In this document: one piece after another, positions 26,242 to 34,320 of the stretch
How positions within the stretch are numbered: the first letter of the stretch is position 1
How the letters are laid out: the number at the start of each line of letters is the position of its first letter
The notes under the pieces: model-generated
What the model was told of the DNA's origin: nothing
Database searches by the model: none
The model's input: the letters and a program-made list of their open reading frames with translations, nothing else
Assembly: GCA_030612705.1 (NCBI GenBank)
Contig: JAUWNI010000004.1
Coordinates: forward strand, 4,703 to 68,702
Direction: 5' to 3'
DNA: 64,000 bases
Source of the DNA: Phycisphaerae bacterium
GTDB lineage: Bacteria > Planctomycetota > Phycisphaerae > UBA1845 > Fen-1342
Translations under genes and position numbers: made by a program

Positions 26242-27684
26242 TCACAGCAATGGCGCGAACAACCGGGCCACGCCCTCGAACAACTGGAGCGGCAGGCTGC
26301 GTTGCCAAACGTCGCGCGGTTCGATCCGCCGGGCACTTTCACAGTGACGTTCGATCGACTCCGCAAGTTCTCGCGTGACGCGACGGTCGTAGAGCAGCGC
26401 GGTGATCTCGAAGTTCAAGCGGAAGCTGCGCACGTCCATGTTGGCTGTGCCGAGCATGCACCAACGGTCGTCAACAGTGATGATCTTCGAGTGCAACATG
26501 CCGGCGTCGTACTCGTAGATCTCGACCCCCGCGTCGAGCAGTTTGGGGTAGAAACTGCGCCCGGCCCAGAGCACCAGCGGGTGGGTACTGCGCGTTGGAA
26601 GGACCAGTTGCACACGCACGCCGCGATAGCAGGCATGAATCAGCACCATTCGCAAAGCGGCATCGGGGACGAAATACGGAGTCTCGATACGGATGTTGGA
26701 ACGCGCGGTCGATACCGCCGCGAAAATGATCTGGCCGAGCGGGCTGATATCCCGTTCGGGCCCGGAGGGTAGGATTTGGACAATGGAATCGCCCGCGCGG
26801 TGGGGCGTGGGGAAATAATCGTCGTCAATCAGCGATTCGTGGGTGGCGAAGAACCAGTCCTCGGCGAAAGTTTGCTGTAGAAACAGCGTCGCTGGCCCGG
26901 TCACGCGCATGTGGGTGTCATACCAGGGGGAAAGTTTTTTTCGTCGGCCGAGGTATTCGTCGCCTACGTTCTGGCTGCCGACGAAAGCCACCCGCCCGTC
27001 GATAACCACGATCTTGCGGTGGTTGCGCATGTGGATGCTGATACGACGACGCCAGGGATAGAGCGACATGAAGAACGCCACCTTACAGCCGGCCTCGGTC
27101 AAGGGTCGGACGAAACGCCGCGTTAATCGCCAGCAGCCAACGGCATCGAGCAGCAGGCGGCATTCGACGCCTCGGCGAGCCTGTTCAATCAGCAGGTCGC
27201 GGAAGCGGCGGCCGGTCTCATCCGGCTGCCAAATGTAGTATTCCAAGTGGATGTGGCGTTCCGCGGCGCGGATCGCGCCTCCCAGGGCCGCGTAGGTCGC
27301 ATTGGCCTCCTGGTAGATGTGGACGGCGTTACCGGACGTTGCCGGCATCTGGGCCAACCGTTGCCCCATCTGCTCGATGGCTTTCAGATCTTCGGGCAGA
27401 TCAACCGCCCGGCTTCCATCAGTCTCCTGCATCCGATCCGCGGTCCGACGGTTCAAAATCGACATGAGATGCGCAACCCGGTGGCGCCGGCGACCGGCTT
27501 TGCGGCGAATGTGGGTCGACTCCATCAGCCAACACAAGATGCTGCCGACAAACGGCAGCGTCACGATCGCGAAGATCCACGCCAACATGGACATGGGCTC
27601 TTTCCGCCCGCGCAGCACGGCGGTGACGGCCAGCAGGGCGAGCACGCCGTGTGCCACGAGAGCCCAGATCAAATATTGCACCAT
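26242..27684 (-). CDS. cls: Cardiolipin synthase (PLD superfamily, two HKD motifs)
   Basis: The N-terminal transmembrane segments read MVQYLIWALVAHGVLALLAV...WIFAIVTLPFVGSILCWL. The HKD motifs are HRKIVVIDGRVAFVGSQN and HSKIITVDDRWCMLGTAN. The tracked ORF extends to 28194, but that extension overlaps rsgA. An alternative start exists at 27765. Confidence 0.9.
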   Translation of the reverse strand: MVQYLIWALVAHGVLALLAVTAVLRGRKEPMSMLAWIFAIVTLPFVGSILCWLMESTHIRRKAGRRRHRVAHLMSILNRRTADRMQETDGSRAVDLPEDLKAIEQMGQRLAQMPATSGNAVHIYQEANATYAALGGAIRAAERHIHLEYYIWQPDETGRRFRDLLIEQARRGVECRLLLDAVGCWRLTRRFVRPLTEAGCKVAFFMSLYPWRRRISIHMRNHRKIVVIDGRVAFVGSQNVGDEYLGRRKKLSPWYDTHMRVTGPATLFLQQTFAEDWFFATHESLIDDDYFPTPHRAGDSIVQILPSGPERDISPLGQIIFAAVSTARSNIRIETPYFVPDAALRMVLIHACYRGVRVQLVLPTRSTHPLVLWAGRSFYPKLLDAGVEIYEYDAGMLHSKIITVDDRWCMLGTANMDVRSFRLNFEITALLYDRRVTRELAESIERHCESARRIEPRDVWQRSLPLQLFEGVARLFAPLL

Positions 27685-27798
27685 AAGGTCAGTGTTGGCG
27701 GTTGATTGCGACGTGTCAACGCGTCGGGTCGGGATACTGTCTTGGGACCGGTCGCCGGAATCCATTTTGTTTATCGCGGCATGGCGTAGAATACGCAT

Positions 27799-29010
27799 AT
27801 GCCGCCAAAACGTCGCAAAGGTCGCAAGGTGCGGGTGGACTTTCGGCAAAACCGCCAGCAACGCCGCCGGTCGGCCGACTGGACGAGCCGTTACCAGACC
27901 GACCAGGACAACCTGGTCGATGAACGCCTGACCGAATCGGTCCGCGCCAAAGGCGAGCTCTCGCGCAAGCGCACCGTGATCGTCGATGAAGACGCCGCCC
28001 CGGTGATTGACAAGACCCTCTGGCAGCGCGGCGTCGTCATCGCCGTACACGGTTTGGTTTGCCGCGTGGATGACGAGGCCGGCGGGCACTGGGATTGCAC
28101 CGTCCGCCGCGTGCTGCGCACGCTGCTGATCGATCAGCGCGCGAGCGTGACCGTCGGCGATCGCGTGTGGTTCTCCGATCACTCGAAAATGCACGACGGC
28201 GAGACAGTGGGCGTGATCGAGCGCGTCGACGAGCGCACCACGGTGCTCTCACGCCGCGATCGGCGCAAACGCGAGCATGCGATCGTCGCCAACGCCGACC
28301 AGTTGCTGATCGTCACCAGTATCGCGCAGCCCGCGCTCAAGCCGCACTTGGTCGACCGCTACCTGGTGGCGGCGGCGCGGGGTGACCTGCGGCCGGTGAT
28401 CTGCTTCAACAAGTGCGACCTGGAACCGGAGGTGGTCGAGTTTGAGCCGGGGCGCGCGTCATCGGCGGAGCGGGAGGATGAACACCGCGGCGCCGCCTCG
28501 ATCGACGATCTTTTCGAGGAATTCCGCGCGCTCGGCTACACCTGCCTGCGCACGAGCGCCACCGAGCGCATCGGTCTCGACGAGTTGCGCCGCGAACTGA
28601 CCGGTCACATGACGGTTCTCTCGGGTCAGAGCGGGGTCGGCAAGAGCTCGCTGATCAACGCGCTGCAACCCGGCCTCGAGCTGAAGGTGGAGGAGGTCAG
28701 CAGCGACACCGAGAAAGGTCGCCACGTCACTTCGCACGCCCGTCTGCTGGGGCTGGACTTCGGCGGTTGGGTTGTCGACACGCCGGGCATACGCCAATTC
28801 GATCTCTGGTCGGTCGAGCCGGGCGAGTTGGAGGCCTGCTTCACCGAATTCGTGCCGCACATCCGGAACTGCCACTTCAACGACTGCCACCACCGGCAGG
28901 AAAAAGGCTGCGCCGTTATCGCGGCGGTCGAAGCGGGCCGGATCAGCGAACGGCGTTACTACAGCTATCTGAAGATGCTCGAGGAAATGGCCCGCGAGCA
29001 ACGCAAATAG
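27799..29010 (+). CDS. rsgA: Ribosome small-subunit-dependent GTPase A (RsgA/YjeQ) with a basic N-terminal extension
   Basis: The motifs are an OB-like VCRVDDEAGGHWDCTVRRVL, then ANADQLLIVTS, CFNKCDL, LSGQSGVGKSSLINAL and DTPGIRQF. The zinc motif is CHFNDCHHRQEKGCAV. Confidence 0.9.
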   Translation: MPPKRRKGRKVRVDFRQNRQQRRRSADWTSRYQTDQDNLVDERLTESVRAKGELSRKRTVIVDEDAAPVIDKTLWQRGVVIAVHGLVCRVDDEAGGHWDCTVRRVLRTLLIDQRASVTVGDRVWFSDHSKMHDGETVGVIERVDERTTVLSRRDRRKREHAIVANADQLLIVTSIAQPALKPHLVDRYLVAAARGDLRPVICFNKCDLEPEVVEFEPGRASSAEREDEHRGAASIDDLFEEFRALGYTCLRTSATERIGLDELRRELTGHMTVLSGQSGVGKSSLINALQPGLELKVEEVSSDTEKGRHVTSHARLLGLDFGGWVVDTPGIRQFDLWSVEPGELEACFTEFVPHIRNCHFNDCHHRQEKGCAVIAAVEAGRISERRYYSYLKMLEEMAREQRK

Positions 29011-29040
29011 AACTCCCCCAAGCGCATCCAGCCCGCGAGA

Positions 29041-29232
29041 TGTAGCGTCCGGCCCCCGTGCCGGACGAAGTAGACGTAGCGTCCGGTCCCCCGCCGGACG
29101 AACCGTAGCGTCAGACGTCCCGGTCCGACGTTTTTCCAGCAGTTCGCGCGCCGGGTGGCACGGACAAGCTTTGCTTGTCCGTGTTCTCCGAGCGTTGCAG
29201 TGAACGGGCACGGACAAACAATTTTGTCCGTG
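29041..29232. repeat. Cluster of REP-like palindromic hairpins downstream of rsgA
   Basis: GTAGCGTCCGG-loop-CCGGACG units occur two or three times across 29042-29130. Two CACGGACAA(GC/A)-loop-(GC/T)TTGTCCGTG hairpins follow at 29159-29183 and 29209-29232. Confidence 0.8.
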
Positions 29233-29589
29233 GCACCCGAACGTATGTAACTGACTGACGCTCCGGCTACCCCCCGGCGAACTGGGCTGTCTTTTTTCAT
29301 TTTTCGCGCCGGTTTCACGCCCGTTTGTCGCTGACCCTGATGGAGACAGGAATTCAGTTGCTCGGCGGTCGACGGTCAGTCCTGACCGAGAGGAATCGCC
29401 AACGCGGACGCAACTTATCGAGACCTTGTCATTCGACAGGTTGGCGAGAGAAAGGAGGTGCGCAGATACAAAGCTAACGAGCCCGCGATGTCTTGAATTG
29501 AGACGGCTTGCGCACCGTGCGCAGCAGTCAAATCAACCGACTTAGTCCGCAAAGCGGACGTCACACAGGCAACGAAAAGGAGAATCGCA

Positions 29590-30483
29590 ATGAGAACGCA
29601 TGATGCAATCAAGGGCGCTGCAACAGGTGAATGTTCCCCTCTCGGGCCTTCCTGCGCGCAGCCCAACTTATTCTTGAGGCTCAAGGAGCTGGGGAAGATC
29701 AACCTCGTCCGGCCGCTCTACATCAGCGCATTTACTCTTGGCGTCTTGCTGGCCGGAACCGATCGGTTGCATGCCGATCCCCTGCCGGCGGCTGTCGAAA
29801 CACTGGAAATGATGATGGAGGCGATAGCGGCTGACGGGGAGTTTCTTGGTCGGCATTTTGGAGCAGACCCTGATAACCCGCTTTCCTTCACCGCCAACGT
29901 GGATCCCGACAATAAAACCTTCAACTATGCTTTCCAGCCGGAAACTACGTATGCTGGTGAGCCACTTTCACTTTCCGGTGACGGTTCCTTTGATGTTGAA
30001 AGCGACGCCTGGACGGGAGTCGCCAATGGCCAGTGCGGTGCCTCTGACGATCCTCCTTGGTGGGCCCAGTGGGAGTTCGACATCGATCACGGCGACCCCT
30101 ATGAGGGGAACTTCGATTGGGAAACGACCATTCTGGGCGTTAAGCTCGACGCTCATCGTCGGGTAACCATTGAATGGTCGGCGAGCGGCGGCTTTGCCCT
30201 GAGCACCGCAGATCTTGCGTTCACAATCAACGACACGGTCGTTGCAACAGGGACGGCAGAAGACCGCGTCGTCAGGCGGAGTCTCGAGTCCTACGACGTT
30301 TACTGGGGAACCACGACCGTTACGCTGGTTCCCCCGATCTTCGTGGTACTGGACGGCTCGTATGACGACGGCACTGGCCTCGCGACGGGCTCGTTGACCG
30401 TCATCCCCGAGCCGGCGTCGCTGGTGCTGCTTGCCCTCGGGGGTCTGGGTATTCTCCGGTGGCGGATCGTGCATCGGGCGTAA
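29590..30483 (+). CDS. PEP-CTERM sorting-domain secreted protein
   Basis: The C-terminus SLTVIPEPASLVLLALGGLGILRWRIVHRA is a canonical PEP-CTERM anchor (PEP, transmembrane segment, basic tail). AAGGAG lies upstream of the ATG. Confidence 0.8.
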   Translation: MRTHDAIKGAATGECSPLGPSCAQPNLFLRLKELGKINLVRPLYISAFTLGVLLAGTDRLHADPLPAAVETLEMMMEAIAADGEFLGRHFGADPDNPLSFTANVDPDNKTFNYAFQPETTYAGEPLSLSGDGSFDVESDAWTGVANGQCGASDDPPWWAQWEFDIDHGDPYEGNFDWETTILGVKLDAHRRVTIEWSASGGFALSTADLAFTINDTVVATGTAEDRVVRRSLESYDVYWGTTTVTLVPPIFVVLDGSYDDGTGLATGSLTVIPEPASLVLLALGGLGILRWRIVHRA

Positions 30484-30514
30484 CAACCGGACGGCTCTTC
30501 ACTTCTCCTGACGC

Positions 30515-30958
30515 TTCTCACTCGCTCGCCCCTGCGTTGCTCCACGGCGCGGGGGCGAGCTGCTTTTCGATACCATCGGCCGGGTCGCCCGCGTGACCGA
30601 CCTGCACCTGAAGATCGGCACGCCGCCGAGTTACCGCGTCGACGGTGAGCTCAAGATCACGAGTGGCCGGCCGCTCGACACGCACACAATAGAAGCGCTG
30701 ACACGCACGCCGCTCGACGAAGTCGAGCTGGCGACGCTGAGGAAGTTCCGCTCGGTCAACACCTCCCATCTGATCGACGGGATACGCTACCGCGTCAACA
30801 GCCTCTTCGACCGTCACGGGATGGCGCTGGCGATACGCGCGCTCGACGTCAGGACGCCGCAGATCGAGATGATCGGTTTTCCGAACGGGGTTTGGGAGGA
30901 CATCGTCAAGCTGGGCCAGGGGCTGGTGCTGGTGACGGGTACGACCGGCGCGGGCTGA
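30515..30958 (+). pseudogene. pilT: PilT/PilU-type type IV pilus retraction ATPase, N-terminal remnant ending inside Walker A
   Basis: The open frame reads ..ELLFDTIGRVARVTDLHLKIGTPPSYRVDGELK...IRYRVNSLFDRHGMALAIRAL...MIGFPNGVWEDIVKLGQGLVLVTGTTGAG*. Intact PilT continues GPTGSGKSTT... No ATG start is present (GTG at 30593). No further PilT-like frame is visible downstream. Confidence 0.75.
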
Positions 30959-31327
30959 ACAGAGCCCGAGGCGCGAGCGCGCGAATGGGCTCGGGCAATC
31001 GGCCGGTCCTGAACCACGGTCGGTCGGCCGACTTGGGGGCTTGCTCAGCCATGAGTGCAAAAGCCTCCACTCGCGCTTCGGGTTCTGATTTGGTACTCGG
31101 TCATGGCAGCGGTGCCGACACGTCAGCAGGCCCGCGAGCGGGCAAAAACTGGTGTTCTCGGCGGCATATTAGATCGTGCCATTCCGCCAGACGAATCGAA
31201 GCCGTTGAAGGGGGCCGCGATTCTCGTGCTCTGTCAGCCATGAAATGAAGGGTGGCACGGGTGTCCCGCCCGTGTGAATCTCGGGCGAGACGACCGGGCC
31301 ACCCACCAGTCTCGCATTTACTGAACA

Positions 31328-32074
31328 CTACGCTTGCGCAAGGATGGAATCGACGGTTCGGCAAAACACGTCGGGCTCTTCCAACATCATCAGATGACCA
31401 GTCTGAGCAATCTCGATGTACGAGCGGGCCGCGTCGCGGATGAAGTCGGGCACGTCCCAGGCTTCGGCGGATCGCTGCCCGGCGATCAAGTGGAGCGGCA
31501 CGTTTCGCTCGACGACCCGGCGGAAGGCGTCGAGAAAGGTTGGTCGACCCGTCTCCTCGATAATCGCCTTCGACATGGCGTAAATCGTTTCGGGTGGTTG
31601 GTGATCGAGAATGGCCGCGAGCCGCTCGATGCGTTGTTCGCTGGTCTCGATGCCCCAATCCACGGCACACGCGGGGACATCGTGCCGCATGGCGCGATAC
31701 TGATCCGACCATTCCTCCAACGACGTGGCGATGATTTTTCTCGACCAGAACGCGTCGTTGAGCGTGAAGTTGCCTTCAATGTTGATGATGCCGCGGACCA
31801 GCTCGGGCCGCTGATCCGCCGCCAGCATCGCCACCGCCCCGCCCATACTGTGGCCGAGGAGCCAGGCGGGCGTTTGGCAATACGTCTCCAGGTACGACAC
31901 GACATGCTCGGCCTGCGCCTGGAGCGTCAGCCGATCATGTGAAACGTCTTGCTCGTCGCCGTAGCCGAGCAAGTCGAGCGTGCGAACGTCGGCGTTGGCG
32001 ATCCGCGCGGCAGGATCGAAGTAATCCAACGAGCCGGCGAGACCGTGGATCAGGAGTAGTGCGGGCTTGAGCAT
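31328..32074 (-). CDS. Alpha/beta-fold hydrolase
   Basis: MLKPALLLIHGLAGS is followed by the nucleophile elbow LLGHSMGG and a C-terminal GHLMMLEEPD (catalytic His region). The start is chosen at the internal ATG at 32074; the tracked ORF begins at 32194. Confidence 0.85.
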   Translation of the reverse strand: MLKPALLLIHGLAGSLDYFDPAARIANADVRTLDLLGYGDEQDVSHDRLTLQAQAEHVVSYLETYCQTPAWLLGHSMGGAVAMLAADQRPELVRGIINIEGNFTLNDAFWSRKIIATSLEEWSDQYRAMRHDVPACAVDWGIETSEQRIERLAAILDHQPPETIYAMSKAIIEETGRPTFLDAFRRVVERNVPLHLIAGQRSAEAWDVPDFIRDAARSYIEIAQTGHLMMLEEPDVFCRTVDSILAQA

Positions 32075-32264
32075 GTTTGGGCCTTCGCGAACAGCGAATA
32101 TGTGCCATTGCTCTCTGAGTGGTACAATATCGCGGTAGCAAGGCACCGCTTCCTTGGATTGCCCACCCAACACTGGTACGCGTCTGTCATCCATACCCCC
32201 TGCGGTTTCGCCGTGCGTGCGGACGACAACCGGCCACCGAAGTGACGCAGAGCACGCCTCGTGG

Positions 32265-33779
32265 TCACGGCATCGCGTAATCGAGCGTCAGGATGAGCAA
32301 CTCGCCTTGGTCAATGTCGGTGGCATCGTAGATACGGTCGTGAACGCTGGTGCCACCCTGGAATGCCGTTGCCCGCCACAGGTACTTTGGGAAGGCTTTC
32401 CGTAGTACGTCCCAGCGTTTAGTAGGCGGCAAGCCAGTTGCCTGACATACGCTGGCCTTGAATTCATCCTCGGTAGTCAAGAATACTTCCCATTCGGGTT
32501 CGGGCGTTATGTGGTAGTTGGCTCGAACGTACGCATCAAAACGCAGAATCTTTAGGAGAATCGTATAAAAATCTATGCGAATTTTGTGATACACGGGTAC
32601 GATAATGGCTTCTGGGCCGAAGCAGACAGACCCGGGAATCCCGTCTCTACCGGCCCACGACGACCGCATTGTAAATGGCACGGTCTTTGCCATGCGCCCA
32701 TGGGCCACGAACAATCGCTGGGGGCCGAATTCCAGACGGGCAAAGGGGCCCACCTGGTCATCATGCACATACAGCTTGTCAATACGCGAGGAACGCAGCA
32801 ATGTTCCCGTGTCTGGATGCGCCGTACAGTCGGCCTTGCCGAGACTGTAGCCGGTGACAGCTACGGCGTGTCCCTCGTCCCAGCCGCCGCGGTACGGTTT
32901 CGCGAAACCGCAGCCCGAGACGTCGTACATCGCCGTATTCATTATCAAGGGGATCCGCGCTCGCAGGTAGGCGTACACGGTGGCCTGCAGAATCGCCGGT
33001 GTAGCTACGCCAACCACAACCGGCTCAAGGCCAGCTTTCTTGATCGCCGCGGCCATCTGCAGAGGAGTCAGTCCTTTATTCGGCACATCGCGTTGCAGAC
33101 CGGGGAATTGCTCCGTGGCGACGCGCGTGATCTCGACCGGGGACCAAATCTGATGTTGAAACAGCATCGCGGTTCCTTGAAGGGCCGACCAAAGCGCGCT
33201 CGTAGCACAAGCAGCTACGACCGTGTCTTGCTCCTGGAATGCAAGTGACTCGACAGTCAGCGTCATTCCAAGGAGATGCGCCTCGTAAGTGCGCTTGACA
33301 GAAAACTCGCGAGATCCATCCGAATCATAAGTCTTAAGGCACGTGCGCCCGACGAACGTCCGAGGTAGCGGTTTCACAACCACGAATCCAAGGTATGAAG
33401 TATCCAAGGCCTGTGCGTCGAGCGACTCCGACTTACCGGTCGTGGCGACGGCGCGTAATTGCGTCTCGTCGAAATCGGCTTGGAAGAAGTGCAATCTCGC
33501 GCATTCGGGAACGTACTTGGATTGAAAGCACCGAACGTAGTAGGCAGCGTAGTCTTCCAGGAAATCCCGATCCGTGTACTCCCACTCGACGACTATCGTG
33601 ATCGGACCTTTCGCCAGGAAGTAGCTGAAGTAGCTCTTGAAATAGTCGAAATGCTTCTTGCGTTGAACAGTCTCCTCGGTCGTGTTCGCAGCAGCAGCGG
33701 CGGCAAGAAGACGTCGCAGCAACTCGATCGAGTATTTGAAAACCTGGATGTGCTGCTTCTTATCGATTTGAACTGGCAC
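32265..33779 (-). CDS. Orphan 504-aa protein with a papain-fold-like thiol peptidase signature (C39/UCH-like Gln..Cys..His..Asp)
   Basis: The candidate catalytic residues are FQEQDTVVAACATSALWSALQ (Q182/Q184, C191), GHAVAVTGY (H304) and KLYVHDDQVGPF (D340/D341). Their order and spacing match papain-like peptidases. The N-terminal ~170 aa and C-terminal ~130 aa are unassigned. GTG start with AAGGGA upstream. GC is visibly lower than in neighbouring genes. Confidence 0.55.
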   Translation of the reverse strand: MPVQIDKKQHIQVFKYSIELLRRLLAAAAAANTTEETVQRKKHFDYFKSYFSYFLAKGPITIVVEWEYTDRDFLEDYAAYYVRCFQSKYVPECARLHFFQADFDETQLRAVATTGKSESLDAQALDTSYLGFVVVKPLPRTFVGRTCLKTYDSDGSREFSVKRTYEAHLLGMTLTVESLAFQEQDTVVAACATSALWSALQGTAMLFQHQIWSPVEITRVATEQFPGLQRDVPNKGLTPLQMAAAIKKAGLEPVVVGVATPAILQATVYAYLRARIPLIMNTAMYDVSGCGFAKPYRGGWDEGHAVAVTGYSLGKADCTAHPDTGTLLRSSRIDKLYVHDDQVGPFARLEFGPQRLFVAHGRMAKTVPFTMRSSWAGRDGIPGSVCFGPEAIIVPVYHKIRIDFYTILLKILRFDAYVRANYHITPEPEWEVFLTTEDEFKASVCQATGLPPTKRWDVLRKAFPKYLWRATAFQGGTSVHDRIYDATDIDQGELLILTLDYAMP

Positions 33780-33804
33780 GTGGGTCCCTTGCCGGACAGC
33801 GCCT

Positions 33805-33993
33805 TTACACGGTGGCGGCGCGGTCGAGCGCTTCCCTGCTCAGGCGCCGTTCTTCGCGGAGCGCACGTGCTGCTCGCTCAGCGCCGGGCGTCTTCGTCGC
33901 ATCGACGGAGGCCGCTTCCGACGCGCGCTTCGTGGCCTCTCGCAACACATCTGTCGCTGTATTCTTGGATGCGCTGTCACGCCGACTTTTCAT
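33805..33993 (-). CDS. Small highly charged helical protein (62 aa), unknown function
   Basis: A perfect AGGAGG lies 7 nt upstream of the ATG. The stop is 25 nt upstream of the 504-aa ORF start. The sequence reads MKSRRDSASKNTATDVLREATKRASEAASVDATKTPGAERAARALREERRLSREALDRAATV. Confidence 0.5.
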   Translation of the reverse strand: MKSRRDSASKNTATDVLREATKRASEAASVDATKTPGAERAARALREERRLSREALDRAATV

Positions 33994-34015
33994 GATGCTT
34001 CCTCCTAGATGCTAA

Positions 34016-34216
34016 CTAATACCTTGCATTAGATCGGCTCATCCGACCGATTCCAATAACGAGTGCCCCAAGGCATAGCCCTAACCCTATGCGTTGCGGC
34101 GACTTGCAATCAGCGCACAAAAGGCAATCATTCATGATATCCTGAGGTTGCGCGAATATCAACACGAGCATTGCACCGCGAACAAAGCTCGCAACAAACC
34201 AGATAGGCAGATACAA
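34016..34216 (-). CDS. Possible small membrane/Cys-rich peptide (66 aa from TTG; 39 aa from the internal ATG)
   Basis: The ORF contains CLLCADC followed by the hydrophobic IGLGLCLGALVIGIG. It has no convincing SD and a TTG start. It lies between the promoter candidate and the 62-aa ORF. Confidence 0.25.
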   Translation of the reverse strand: MYLPIWFVASFVRGAMLVLIFAQPQDIMNDCLLCADCKSPQRIGLGLCLGALVIGIGRMSRSNARY

Positions 34217-34244
34217 CAGATGCTACATCTTGAGTCTTGCCGCG

Positions 34245-34272
34245 AGAATACCCCAACATGATGAGGTGTCAA
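34245..34272 (-). promoter_or_regulatory. Near-consensus sigma-70 promoter (TTGACA-N16-TATTCT) for the low-GC cassette
   Basis: The minus strand reads TTGACAcctcatcatgttggggTATTCT. The -35 box is at 34272-34267 and the -10 box at 34250-34245. A second TTGACA lies 14 nt upstream. The element sits about 50 nt after the AAA+ gene stop. Confidence 0.5.
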
Positions 34273-34320
34273 GCGTCGTGATGTCAATTTCGAGCGCCCC
34301 TGGGTGGCCTGTTTAGCGGC

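Noticed and set aside
27685-28194. The N-terminal 170 codons of tracked ORF 26242..28194, which would make a 650-aa cardiolipin synthase.
   Set aside because: The extension overlaps the well-supported rsgA gene on the opposite strand and has no Cls-like sequence. The Cls transmembrane N-terminus begins at the ATG at 27684 (or at 27765).
28965-29702. Minus-strand ORFs 28965..29318 and 29415..29702.
   Set aside because: The first runs through the REP hairpin cluster. The second is antisense to the 5' end and ribosome-binding site of the PEP-CTERM gene. Neither has a recognisable motif.
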